Shown in pieces: positions 39,028 to 48,818 of a stretch of 64,000 nucleotides of DNA (the stretch's first letter is position 1; each line of letters opens with the position of its first letter). The position numbers were made by a program, and so were the translations under genes. Source of the stretch: an uncultured Candidatus Saccharibacteria bacterium (GTDB lineage Bacteria > Patescibacteriota > Minisyncoccia > UBA11713 > 2-01-FULL-45-33); the NCBI GenBank assembly GCA_964464405.1, contig CAYXFX010000001.1:3466-67465 (forward strand), read 5' to 3'. The notes under the pieces were generated by a model. The model was not told the DNA's origin. It worked only from the letters and a program-made list of their open reading frames with translations, and did no database searches.

Positions 39028-40156
39028 ATCGCCATTTTGGGGCGCTGTTGGAATTTTATGCGGAATGATTATTGGCTCGGGCATGTTTGCATTGCCCTTC
39101 GCGGTTAATGTTTCAGGAATCCTTCCTTCCATCATTGCGGCAGGAATTGCTTTTTTTTTGGTGCTTTCCATGCATTTGGCTTACGGAGAAATTGTCGTGA
39201 ACACCTGGGAGCGGCATAGACTTCCTGGTTATGCGGGGCTTTACCTCGGACGCTGGGGGAATTGGCTTGCAAAAATAAGCCAAACTTTAGGTTTTAATAC
39301 TGCTCTTGTCATTTATGCTTCTCTTGCAGGAATATTTTTGGTGACAATTTTCGGCGGAGACAGATTTTTGTGGTCCATATTATTTTTATTCATAATGTCG
39401 CTGGTTTTATTTTTTGAACCGGTTAGCGGAATCGGCAAAATCAACATAATTTTTGTAATCTCGATTGTATTTGTGACTCTCATTATTTCTGGTTTTGCCT
39501 TTGGGTCAGGAACTTTTGAAAATTTATCAAATACCGCTTTTGTGGGGAAAGACCCATTTTTTGCTTTCGGAGTTTTTGTTTTTGCGCTAACTGGCCTTTC
39601 CGTGATTGCTGATGCGCGGGATATTTTTGGAGGAAAAGACGCGCATAAATTAAGAAAGGTTATATTTGTCGGCACCAGTGTTCCTTTTTTCCTGTATATC
39701 ATTTTTATTGCAGCGGTGCTTATGGCAATAGACGGCAAAGTAACACAAAATGTGATACAAAGCATGGCGGAAGTTTTGGGGCGCAATGCGGTGATTCTCG
39801 GCGCCACTGTCGGGGTTATGGCGATGTTTTCGGCTTTTTTGGCTTTAGGATACGATCTTAAAGAAATTTACGAATTGGATGTAGGTGTTTCAAAAAATTC
39901 TTCGTGGGCCTTGGCAACGATAATCCCAATTATAATTTTTACTTTAGGCGCGGGAGATTTTATAAAACTTATGTCGCTTATGGGTGGAATTTTTATTTCA
40001 ATCGACGGTTTTTTAGTTTTGGCGATTTTAAATCGCCTGCAGAAATCCGGAGTTTTGATGTTAAGTTTTACACGTTTTGGAAAAATTCACAAATTCGCAT
40101 TAGCCGGAATTTTGCTTCTCTCGATAAGTTATGAGGTTTTTTATCAGATTTTCTAG
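39014..40156 (+). CDS. Aromatic amino acid permease-like (HAAAP) transporter
   Basis: GMIIGSGMFALPF N-terminal motif, ~11 TM segments. Confidence 0.8.
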   Translation: MAFLKSPFWGAVGILCGMIIGSGMFALPFAVNVSGILPSIIAAGIAFFLVLSMHLAYGEIVVNTWERHRLPGYAGLYLGRWGNWLAKISQTLGFNTALVIYASLAGIFLVTIFGGDRFLWSILFLFIMSLVLFFEPVSGIGKINIIFVISIVFVTLIISGFAFGSGTFENLSNTAFVGKDPFFAFGVFVFALTGLSVIADARDIFGGKDAHKLRKVIFVGTSVPFFLYIIFIAAVLMAIDGKVTQNVIQSMAEVLGRNAVILGATVGVMAMFSAFLALGYDLKEIYELDVGVSKNSSWALATIIPIIIFTLGAGDFIKLMSLMGGIFISIDGFLVLAILNRLQKSGVLMLSFTRFGKIHKFALAGILLLSISYEVFYQIF

Positions 40157-40159
40157 CTG

Positions 40160-42832
40160 ATGAATAATCTGAGCCCTCAATTAAACGCGGTTGCTGAAAC
40201 TTTTAGCGCGCTTCGGTCCGGCGCGCATGGCCTAGGTTTGGTTGAAGCAAAAGAGCGGTTAAAAAAAATAGGGCCTAATGTATTGCCTGAAACGCGGAGT
40301 GTCGGATGGTTTTTGATTTTTTTACATCAATTCCAAAGCCCTCTTATCTATATTCTTCTTGCCGCTGGCTCGGCAATTTACTTCATAGGTGAAGTTGCGG
40401 ATGCGGCCATTATCGGAGCGGTACTTTTTTTTAATTCTATAGCAGGAGCTTTTCAGGAAGGAAGGGCACAAAACACTCTTCGCGCGCTTAAAAAATTTTC
40501 GGAAACTAAAGCGACAGTACTAAGAGAGGGAAAAGAATATATAATTTCCGATCGGGAGATTGTTCCCGGAGACGTAATAATTTTAAACGAAGGTGAAAAA
40601 ATTCCGGCAGACGCAAGAATTATTTTTTCCGGTAATTTAAAGGTAGACGAAGCGGCGCTGACCGGAGAATCGGAGCCTGTACACAAAATTGCCGGCGATG
40701 AACTAGGTGCCGGGGAAGAGAATAAAAACATAATTTATAAAGGAACGCACGTGGTTTTTGGAAGCGGGAGGGCTTTGGTTTTTGCGACAGGCGTCTCAAC
40801 AAAAGTCGGAAAAATCGCAAAAGAAATTGCCGGCATTGATACTGAAATTCCCTTAAAAGCGAATATCCGGCATCTTTCGCGGCTTGTCATTTTATCGGTT
40901 ACTTTGATTTCTGTTTTTTTATTTATTTTTGGAATTTTTGCTGGCCATCCGATAAAAGAGATGTTTACAACTATTGTGACTCTTTCGGTGTCTGTAATTC
41001 CGGAAGGATTGCCTGTCGTTATGACCTTGGTTCTTGCGACCGGAGTATGGAGAATGTCTAAGTCGAACGCGCTAGTAAAAAGGCTCCAGGCTGTTGAAGC
41101 GCTGGGGCAGGCCCGTGTTTTAGCGCTCGACAAAACAGGTACTCTTACAAAAAATGAGATGGTAATTGAGAAAGTTTTTACCGGAAATTTTTATAATGTT
41201 TCGGGTACGGGATACGAACCGAAGGGGGACGTTGTATGGGACGGAAATATAATTGATCCAGCAAACCACGAAGACCTTCTTTTTGCCGGCAAAATCGCGG
41301 CTCTCTGCGCGAATGCGAGAGTGGTTTATTCGGAAGAAGAAAAAAGATGGAATATCACTGGGGATCCTACGGAAGCGGCGATGATTGTTTTCGCGAATAA
41401 ACTCGGTTTTCATAAAAATGAACTTTTAAATGAATCTCCGCTTTTGGATGAACTTCCTTTTGATTATAGATTAAAATATCACGCAACTTACCACAAATTG
41501 GAACCACAAAACATATTATCGGTTGTCGGCGCTCCGGAGATTATATTAAAAAAATCATCAAAAATTTTGCGCGGAGGAAAAAGCTATCTACTTACCGCCG
41601 AAGAAAAAGAAAATCTGGAGCAGATTTTCTTTTCAATGTCTAAAGAAGGCTTGAGGGTTGTGGCTTTTGCGGAGAGCAAAGAAGCAAAAGTTCCGCTTTC
41701 ACCGGAAAAAATAGAGGACCTGACATTTGCCGGATTTTTTGGAATGAAAGATGCTTTGCGCGAAGAAGCGGCTCAAGCGATAGCACGCGCTAAGTCAGCG
41801 GGAATGAAAATAGTGATAATTACCGGCGATCACAAAGCGACCGCCGAAGCGATTGCAAGGGAGGCGGGCATATGGGAAGACGGCGACAAAATTCTTACCG
41901 GTGAGGAAATAGAAAATCTGTCCGAAAATGATCTTGCAGAAAGTATAACTAATGTTTCATTATTTGCGCGCGTTACGCCCGAACATAAATTGTCTATAAT
42001 CAAAGCTTTTAAGAAAAGCGGAGATGTAGTTGCAATGACCGGAGACGGAGTAAACGACGCGCCTTCTTTGGTTGCGGCCGATTTGGGTGTGGCAATGGGG
42101 AAAATCGGAACGGAAGTTGCAAAAGAGGCATCTGATATTATTCTTTTAGACGACAACTTCGGAAACATAATTTCTGCGATAGAGGAAGGAAGAAGCATAT
42201 ATAAAACAATTAAAAAAGTAATTCTCTATTTATTTTCGACAAGTTGGGGAGAGGTTTTTACGATTGTTGGCGCGCTTTTTTTGGGATATCCGTTGCCGAT
42301 TTTGCCCGCGCAAATAATCTGGTTAAACTTTGTGACGGACGGCTTTTTGGATGTGGCGCTTGCCATGGAACCGAAAGAAAAGGGGCTGCTTAATGGAAAT
42401 TTTGAGAGGCCGAAAAAATATTTAATTGATAAGCTGATGGCTTGGCGCATGGTTTTGATGGCAACCCCAATGATGATAGGCACGCTTTATTTATTTGGCA
42501 ATTATTTTTTAACGGATATAAACAAAGCTTGGACGATAACTCTCACGACTCTCGCGGTTTTCCAATGGTTTAACGCGTGGAATTGCAGATCCGAAGACAA
42601 ATCAATTTTTAAAATGAACCTGTTTTCGAATAAATTTTTAGTAGCGGCAACTTTTTTAATCATAATTTTGCAGATGCTCGCGGTTTATAATCCTTATTTT
42701 CAGCAGATTTTGCACACCTCACCTCTTTCTTTTAAAGAATGGCTCATGATTTTACCGGTTGCTTTTTCGATAATTTTGCTCGAGGAAGTCAGAAAATTTT
42801 TCTTCCGCAAATATGACATAAAATTGACTTAA
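40160..42832 (+). CDS. P-type (IIA, Ca2+-like) cation ATPase
   Basis: LTGES, IPEGLP, DKTGTLT, TGD, GDGVNDAP, NFVTDG. Confidence 0.95.
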   Translation: MNNLSPQLNAVAETFSALRSGAHGLGLVEAKERLKKIGPNVLPETRSVGWFLIFLHQFQSPLIYILLAAGSAIYFIGEVADAAIIGAVLFFNSIAGAFQEGRAQNTLRALKKFSETKATVLREGKEYIISDREIVPGDVIILNEGEKIPADARIIFSGNLKVDEAALTGESEPVHKIAGDELGAGEENKNIIYKGTHVVFGSGRALVFATGVSTKVGKIAKEIAGIDTEIPLKANIRHLSRLVILSVTLISVFLFIFGIFAGHPIKEMFTTIVTLSVSVIPEGLPVVMTLVLATGVWRMSKSNALVKRLQAVEALGQARVLALDKTGTLTKNEMVIEKVFTGNFYNVSGTGYEPKGDVVWDGNIIDPANHEDLLFAGKIAALCANARVVYSEEEKRWNITGDPTEAAMIVFANKLGFHKNELLNESPLLDELPFDYRLKYHATYHKLEPQNILSVVGAPEIILKKSSKILRGGKSYLLTAEEKENLEQIFFSMSKEGLRVVAFAESKEAKVPLSPEKIEDLTFAGFFGMKDALREEAAQAIARAKSAGMKIVIITGDHKATAEAIAREAGIWEDGDKILTGEEIENLSENDLAESITNVSLFARVTPEHKLSIIKAFKKSGDVVAMTGDGVNDAPSLVAADLGVAMGKIGTEVAKEASDIILLDDNFGNIISAIEEGRSIYKTIKKVILYLFSTSWGEVFTIVGALFLGYPLPILPAQIIWLNFVTDGFLDVALAMEPKEKGLLNGNFERPKKYLIDKLMAWRMVLMATPMMIGTLYLFGNYFLTDINKAWTITLTTLAVFQWFNAWNCRSEDKSIFKMNLFSNKFLVAATFLIIILQMLAVYNPYFQQILHTSPLSFKEWLMILPVAFSIILLEEVRKFFFRKYDIKLT

Positions 42833-42858
42833 TGGGGCGCGGGAAGTATTATTGGTAA

Positions 42859-43485
42859 ATGGAATTTCTAGGATTTGACCTAGTTTCTTTTATTAAGGCG
42901 GTGGGTTACTTCGGGATTTTTGCCATAATTTTTGCAGAATCCGGGCTTTTTGTTGGTTTTTTTCTTCCGGGCGATTCTTTGCTTTTTACCGCTGGTTTTT
43001 TAGCATCGCAGGGTTTTTTAAATATTTGGCTTTTGATTTTTCTTACTTTTTTTGCGGCGGTGTTGGGAGATAACTTCGGCTACGTTTTTGGAAGAAAGGT
43101 GGGCCCTGCAATTTTTAACAAAGAAGATTCCAAATTATTTCATAAACATCATTTAGAGCGCGCGAGCGCCTTTTATAAAAAATATGGAGGAAAAACTTTG
43201 GTGCTTGCCCGTTTTTTGCCTGTAATCCGCACATTTGCGCCGATTGTCGCCGGGGTCGGCAAAATGCATTACAAAACCTTCTTTTTTTATAATGTTTTTG
43301 GTGCCGTTGTGTGGGCAATCGGCATAACATGGCTGGGATATTTTTTAGGCAATAACATTCCCAATATAGATAAATATTTAGTTCCTATTATTCTAGCGGT
43401 TGTCGTTTTATCCAGCCTGCCTACTCTTTGGCATATTTTTAAAAACAGAGAATATCTGCGGCCAAAATCTACTCTTGACAAGTAA
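42859..43485 (+). CDS. DedA/VTT family membrane protein
   Basis: FAESGLFVGFFLPGDSLLF, ARFLPVIRT. Confidence 0.93.
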   Translation: MEFLGFDLVSFIKAVGYFGIFAIIFAESGLFVGFFLPGDSLLFTAGFLASQGFLNIWLLIFLTFFAAVLGDNFGYVFGRKVGPAIFNKEDSKLFHKHHLERASAFYKKYGGKTLVLARFLPVIRTFAPIVAGVGKMHYKTFFFYNVFGAVVWAIGITWLGYFLGNNIPNIDKYLVPIILAVVVLSSLPTLWHIFKNREYLRPKSTLDK

Positions 43486-43503
43486 GCCATTAGGGATTAT
43501 GAT
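43475..43503 (+). promoter_or_regulatory. Sigma70 promoter for the DGR target-like gene
   Basis: TTGACA-17-TATGAT, followed by AAGGAGG SD before ATG 43586. Confidence 0.7.
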
Positions 43504-43585
43504 TTACACAGAAATACTAAGGGCGAACCTAGAGCCTTTGATCTAGGCAAGATATGTTTATTTGATAAAAAAAAGGAGGCGTGCG

Positions 43586-44323
43586 ATGAAAATCGTGAGC
43601 CAAAAATACGGACCAAGAGATTTTTCCCACGGTCAGGTGCAGGAGATGTTGGTAACTTTGGGAAAAAACAAATTCTCGCCATCAATGGCTGATTTGGTGG
43701 CTAACGCAAAGTCCGGCTTTGCTCGTAAAATTGTCGGACTTTTTAGCGAGACAGGCGGTGCAATTCCGGTGGAGTGGCAGCTCCGCTGGTGGGAGTTTTT
43801 CTACCGCGGCTTTTTTAAATACAACCTCGATATTTCAGGAATTTTGGTGCCCGAAAAACGAAAAGGATTTGACCGTATGTTGGTTCTAGCGGAGCCTGCG
43901 ATGTCTCATGCATTATTCGTCAAATCGGGCGAATATTTTGATTGCTGGAAGGCTCAAAACGCGAGCCTTGATGAGGCGGTAATTGAACACGAACGCAATC
44001 TTTCGAATGGTTCATACGTGATTTGGGTTGAAGACACCGAAGAGCCGAACGAAAGGCTGAAAAATATCTCTGCCAATAGAATTCGGGAGGAGGGTTTGAC
44101 TACCGAAACCCTTCCGGAGCGGCTTCTTCACGGCTTTGTGTATTATTTAGAAACCGGAAGGCATCTCGACCTCTCTAATTGGACCTTATGTTCCGGTTCG
44201 CGCTACTTTGACGGCTGTGTCCCGAATGTCGGCTGGGGCGGCTCCTACGGCGAGATGTACGTGCGCTGGACTAATCCGTCGGTTGCCATTGGCGACTTTC
44301 GCTCCCGCGAGGTAGTTTCCTGA
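43586..44323 (+). CDS. Putative DGR variable protein (CLec-like C-terminus)
   Basis: C-terminus TLCSGSRY.DG.VP.V.W....MYV.W..P......RSREVVS resembles DGR target ends; neighbouring hairpin and RT fragment. Confidence 0.7.
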   Translation: MKIVSQKYGPRDFSHGQVQEMLVTLGKNKFSPSMADLVANAKSGFARKIVGLFSETGGAIPVEWQLRWWEFFYRGFFKYNLDISGILVPEKRKGFDRMLVLAEPAMSHALFVKSGEYFDCWKAQNASLDEAVIEHERNLSNGSYVIWVEDTEEPNERLKNISANRIREEGLTTETLPERLLHGFVYYLETGRHLDLSNWTLCSGSRYFDGCVPNVGWGGSYGEMYVRWTNPSVAIGDFRSREVVS

Positions 44324-44337
44324 TTTTAATCTTGAAT

Positions 44338-44362
44338 AAGGTGTCGGCAAAGCCGACACCTT
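44338..44362. other. Perfect hairpin downstream of putative VR (DGR cruciform and/or terminator)
   Basis: AAGGTGTCGGC-AAA-GCCGACACCTT, 14 nt after the stop, then T-rich. Confidence 0.75.
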
Positions 44363-44469
44363 TATCTTTTTTATTTTTTTGATAAAATTATTTTGGCTAA
44401 TACAACCGGCTCCGACCAAAACCGTGAGTAGCGGTTTGCCAAGAATCAGGAAACTTCTTGCCCTATTTT

Positions 44470-44679
44470 AAAGTTATAATGAAAAAATTACGACAAGGCA
44501 TTGATTTTTTAGGTTACGTCGTTTTGACTTATCATATTGTTTTACGCACAAAAACAAAAAGAAGGACGTTTAGGAAAATAAACGCAAAGAATTTACAACC
44601 TTACGTAGGAGTTTTGAAACATTGTAATGGGTGTAAAATTAAGAAACATATTTTAAATAATTTTAAACAAAATGAATAA
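44470..44679 (+). pseudogene. C-terminal fragment of a reverse transcriptase (DGR-type)
   Basis: KLRQGIDFLGYVV...LRTKTKRR.F...YVGVLKHCN = RT motif 7 plus short thumb; no YxDD core upstream. Confidence 0.75.
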
Positions 44680-45241
44680 AGTAGAGGAACTGGAAAAATT
44701 AAAAAAAGAAATTGAGACGAATAAGTCACTACCGCTATGCGGCGTAGCAAATCTTGTTTTTGGGGAAGGAGATGCGGAAGCTGAAATAATGTTTATCGGC
44801 GAGGCGCCGGGGTTTCATGAGAATAAACTTATGCGCCCGTTTGTTGGGCAAGCCGGAAAGCTTTTAGATAAGTTGCTGGTAAATATCAAATGGCCGAGAG
44901 AGTCGGTTTACATCACAAATATTGTAAAGAGGCGCCCTCCGGAAAACCGCGATCCTTTGCCGGAAGAAATCGGAGAATATAAACCGTATTTAAAAAAACA
45001 GATTCAAATTATTAATCCAAAAATAATTGCCACCTTGGGGAGATTTTCTATGAATTATTTTCTGCCTACTGCAAAAATTTCCGTTGACCATGGAACTGTG
45101 TTTAAGTTGCGTGAAAAAATAATTTTTCCTTTGTATCATCCGGCGGCCGCTTTACGCTCGACTAATATTTTAAATGAGCTACAAAAAGATTTTAATAAAT
45201 TGCCGGTTTTATTAAAAAAAGTGCAAGATGGTAAACTATAG
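44672..45241 (+). CDS. Uracil-DNA glycosylase family 4
   Basis: FIGEAPG, PFVGQAG, YITNIVK.RPPENRDP, YHPAAALR. Confidence 0.93.
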   Translation: MNKVEELEKLKKEIETNKSLPLCGVANLVFGEGDAEAEIMFIGEAPGFHENKLMRPFVGQAGKLLDKLLVNIKWPRESVYITNIVKRRPPENRDPLPEEIGEYKPYLKKQIQIINPKIIATLGRFSMNYFLPTAKISVDHGTVFKLREKIIFPLYHPAAALRSTNILNELQKDFNKLPVLLKKVQDGKL

Positions 45242-45243
45242 TT

Positions 45244-45879
45244 ATGCGTATTCAAATTAATATTTCGGTAAATCGGGCTGTTCAAATTTTGCTCATGTAT
45301 CTTTTTGTAATTAATGTTGCGGGCGGACTTTTCGGACCGCTCTACGCCGTTTTTGTTACAAATTCTATTGCGGGCGCGTCTTTAAAAACAGTTGGTTTCG
45401 CGCTGGGGCTCGCGGCAATGGCGAAATCGATTTTTCAAATTCCTCTGGCGAGATATTTAGATAAGCATAATGGAGAAAGAGATGATTATTATGCGCTGCT
45501 TTTGGGCGCAGTTCTAGGTGTTATCTACCCGTTTTTTTTAATTTTTGTGTCTGAAATTTGGCAACTTTATTTTTTGGAAATCTTGTCTGGGATAGGGGCA
45601 TCATTTTTAATGGCGGCTTACTATTCTCTTTTTGCAAGGCACGTCGATAAAAATTCAGAAGGATTCGAGTGGAGTTTGTTCAGCGTCGGAGGGCTAACTG
45701 TTTCTTCTGCAATCGGAGGAGCGGTGGGTGGCGTGCTTGCAGATGCATTAGGATTTCAGATACTTTTTTTAACAAGCGGAATCATGAACTTTTTAATAAT
45801 GTTTATTTTGCTTGCGCTCTATCCGTATTTAAACGGAGCGCGCACAAAATCTCTTCCTCCATTTACTCCGATTCCATAA
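45244..45879 (+). CDS. Half-size (6 TM) MFS-like transporter
   Basis: Six hydrophobic segments, ARYLDK motif-A-like loop, GGVLAD..GF. Confidence 0.75.
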   Translation: MRIQINISVNRAVQILLMYLFVINVAGGLFGPLYAVFVTNSIAGASLKTVGFALGLAAMAKSIFQIPLARYLDKHNGERDDYYALLLGAVLGVIYPFFLIFVSEIWQLYFLEILSGIGASFLMAAYYSLFARHVDKNSEGFEWSLFSVGGLTVSSAIGGAVGGVLADALGFQILFLTSGIMNFLIMFILLALYPYLNGARTKSLPPFTPIP

Positions 45880-45952
45880 AAAAGAATCCCCGGGAATGAG
45901 ATCCAGGGGAAAAATAAAAATAGAAAATTGTATGAAGAACTATGAAGAACGA

Positions 45953-46174
45953 TTAATGGTGTGCGCAGATGCGCGCTGTTAATGCTTTTACAAGCTCGAC
46001 TTGCCAAAAAATGGCTAAAGTCAATGTGGCGCGCATCTGCCCATACCAGCCGCGAACGGCAAAATTATTCCTACTTTCATTATCCCAAAAAAGAAAGCCC
46101 CGAGCAATGCCGGGGCTGTGGATAAAAGGGGGCAGTTTAAAATGACTGTTCGGCGCAAATCGGTGCATCTGCAT
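45953..46174 (-). CDS. Possible short or degraded hypothetical gene
   Basis: Frame is open back to ~46270 but the SD-preceded ATG at 46298 is out of frame. Confidence 0.25.
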   Translation of the reverse strand: MQMHRFAPNSHFKLPPFIHSPGIARGFLFWDNESRNNFAVRGWYGQMRATLTLAIFWQVELVKALTARICAHH

Positions 46175-46370
46175 GGAAATTTTTTTCTCAAACTTTTTAA
46201 AAGAATTTAAATCGTAAGAGTTCCATCTCGATGCTGGCCGAGGACTAAAATGTCCACCGCGCCCTATTTTTTAAAACAAATACATCTCAAACTGCCATTA
46301 TTTAATTATACTCCTTTTTAAAAAAAAGTCAATATCATAAAGAAAGCACTCAAGATGGTACGATAAATTT

Positions 46371-48101
46371 ATGCAAAACCAAGAAATTGCGCGTATTTTG
46401 CGCAATATGTCAGCGTACTATGAAATGGAGGGAGTGCAGTTTAAACCTCGCGCTTATGAAAAAGCGGCTTTAGGAATTGAAACGCTTGACCGGGAAGCTA
46501 AAGAAATTTTCAAAGAAGAAGGGCCAAAGGGACTTCTTAAAATTCCCGGCGTGGGAAAAGGAATTGCAGAACATGTGGAGCATTTATTAAAGAACGAACA
46601 CTTTCCAGAATATGACCGTTTAAGGAAAAAAATTCCAGTAAATATTTCAGAACTTACTGCAGTCGAAGGAATAGGCCCTAAGATGATAAAAACGCTCTAT
46701 CAGAAATTAAAAATAAAAAATGTAAAAGAGCTTGAAGCGGCCGCGCGTGCTGGGAAGCTCCGAAAACTTCCAAGAATGGGCGAAAAGCTTGAAGCAAAAA
46801 TATTGAAAGGTATTGAATTTCAAAACAGGGATGGGGGAAAGAGATTTTTGCTCGGAGAAATTTTGCCGCTTGCGCGCAGAATCAGAGAGCGATTGCTTAA
46901 AGTGCAAGGAGTAGAGAAAGTAGAAATTGCCGGATCGCTCCGCAGGATGCAGGAGACAATCGGCGATTTGGATTTTCTTGCCATCGCCAAAAATCTAAAA
47001 ACCGTTTCTGATTATTTTTTAAAAATGCCTGAAGTTGTTCATGTATACGCGAAAGGAAACACGAAAGTTTTAGTGCGCCTGAATTCAGGAATTGATGCTG
47101 ATCTTCGTGTTTTGCCCCGCGAATCATTCGGCGCCGCACTCCAGTATTTTACCGGGAACAAGGACCACAATATTGAAGTGCGAAAAATTGCAATTAGGCA
47201 TGGATATAAATTAAATGAATATGGCCTTTTTCGCGGAAAGAAAATTATAGCTGCTGAAACAGAAGAAGAGGTTTATAAAAAACTTGGGATGGAAATGCCG
47301 CCGCCGGAGATGAGATTGAATCAGGGAGAGATTGAGCTTGCGCTAAATAAAAAAATTCCTGAGCTTATCGGTTACGGCGACCTTAAGGGCGATCTCCAGA
47401 TTCAAACTTTGTGGACCGACGGAAAAAATTCGATCGAAGATATGGCGCGCGAAGCGGAGAAACTCGGACACGAATATATTGCAATCACAGATCATACACG
47501 CGCGCTTGCAATGACCGGCGGCTCGGATGAAAAAAAACTTTTAAAACAAATGGACGAGATTGATAAAATCAATCGTAAATTGAAAATTGAAAATTGTAAA
47601 TTAAAAATTCTTAAGGGCGCGGAAGTTAACATAATGAAAGATGGAACTTTGGATATTGACGACAAGACACTCGCAAAATTAGACGTTGTAGGCGCGGCGG
47701 TGCATTCGCTTTTTAATCTGCCGAAAGCAGAGCAGACAAAAAGGATTATCCGTGCCATGGAAAATTCGAACGTAGATATTATTTTTCATCCAACCGGACG
47801 GATTATCAACCGCCGCGAGCCATATGAAATTGATATCGAAGAAATCATAAAAGCCGCGAAGCGCACAGGAACCGTATTGGAGATTGACGGACACCCGTGG
47901 CGCCTGGATTTGAAGGATGAGCATGTCCGTATGGCTCGAGAAACTGGGGTTAAAATGGTAATTGATACCGATGCCCACTCGGTTTACGAAATGAGCTATT
48001 TAGAATACGGCATTGCGCAAGCACGAAGAGGTTGGGCTAGCAAGGAAGACATTATAAACGCTTGGCCGATTGAAAAAATGCTGGGATTTTTAAAAAAGTA
48101 A
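46371..48101 (+). CDS. polX: DNA polymerase X / PHP 3'-5' exonuclease
   Basis: IPGVGKGIA HhH, AGSLRR..ETIGDLD, YFTGNK.HN, PHP ITDH...DTDAH. Confidence 0.95.
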   Translation: MQNQEIARILRNMSAYYEMEGVQFKPRAYEKAALGIETLDREAKEIFKEEGPKGLLKIPGVGKGIAEHVEHLLKNEHFPEYDRLRKKIPVNISELTAVEGIGPKMIKTLYQKLKIKNVKELEAAARAGKLRKLPRMGEKLEAKILKGIEFQNRDGGKRFLLGEILPLARRIRERLLKVQGVEKVEIAGSLRRMQETIGDLDFLAIAKNLKTVSDYFLKMPEVVHVYAKGNTKVLVRLNSGIDADLRVLPRESFGAALQYFTGNKDHNIEVRKIAIRHGYKLNEYGLFRGKKIIAAETEEEVYKKLGMEMPPPEMRLNQGEIELALNKKIPELIGYGDLKGDLQIQTLWTDGKNSIEDMAREAEKLGHEYIAITDHTRALAMTGGSDEKKLLKQMDEIDKINRKLKIENCKLKILKGAEVNIMKDGTLDIDDKTLAKLDVVGAAVHSLFNLPKAEQTKRIIRAMENSNVDIIFHPTGRIINRREPYEIDIEEIIKAAKRTGTVLEIDGHPWRLDLKDEHVRMARETGVKMVIDTDAHSVYEMSYLEYGIAQARRGWASKEDIINAWPIEKMLGFLKK

Positions 48102-48122
48102 TTAGAGCGTATAATATTCATA

Positions 48123-48812
48123 ATGGACGTCTTGGAAGTAAAAAATTTAAGTGTAAATTTTGGAAAGCAAAATATTTTGCGGGATATTTCCTTTTCGATA
48201 GAGGAAGGGGATACTTTAGCGATCATTGGCCCAAACGGGTCGGGCAAAACAACTCTTTTTCGCGCAATTTTGGGAGCGGTAAAATACGAAGGAGAGATAC
48301 ATAAAGACAAAGAAATGCATTTCGGATATGTTCCCCAAAAGGTTGATTTAGAAAGAGATTTGCCGATTACAGTAAACGAATTTCTAAATCTTAGCGTTGT
48401 TTCAAAAAAAGTGGAAAATATATCAAAAAATCTTATAAAAATGGTTGGACTTAACGAAGATTATTTAAATAAAAAAATCGGCGAACTCTCGGCCGGCGAG
48501 CTCCAAAGAGTTTTAATAGCTTGGAGTTTGGTAGGGCAACCAAAGTTGTTGTTATTCGATGAGCCGACCGCTAGCGTTGATGTCGCTGGGCAAGAAACGG
48601 TTTATGAGTTATTGCACAAACTTCAGGACGAAAAAAATCTCACTTTAATTTTAATATCACACGATTTGTCAGTTGTTTATAAATATGCAAATAAAGTTTT
48701 ATGTTTAAACAAAAATCAGGTTTGTTTTGGCCCTCCTGCGGAGGTTTTGACTCCCAAAGAACTCGAAAAATTATACGGAGGAGAAAGGAAACTTTATCAT
48801 CATAAACATTAA
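48123..48812 (+). CDS. Zn/Mn ABC transporter ATP-binding protein
   Basis: GPNGSGKTT, YVPQK, LSAGELQR, DEPT, SHD; His-rich tail. Confidence 0.92.
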   Translation: MDVLEVKNLSVNFGKQNILRDISFSIEEGDTLAIIGPNGSGKTTLFRAILGAVKYEGEIHKDKEMHFGYVPQKVDLERDLPITVNEFLNLSVVSKKVENISKNLIKMVGLNEDYLNKKIGELSAGELQRVLIAWSLVGQPKLLLFDEPTASVDVAGQETVYELLHKLQDEKNLTLILISHDLSVVYKYANKVLCLNKNQVCFGPPAEVLTPKELEKLYGGERKLYHHKH

Positions 48813-48818
48813 TTTTTT

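Noticed and set aside
43586-44679. Complete active DGR, or group II intron
   Set aside because: No TR, avd or RT catalytic core in the window, and no intron domain V/VI recognised after the fragment.
46170-46316. TGA read-through or selenoprotein at ATG-GCA-GTT-TGA behind a strong SD (minus strand)
   Set aside because: A TAG follows in the same frame 14 codons later; a degraded or frameshifted gene is more likely.
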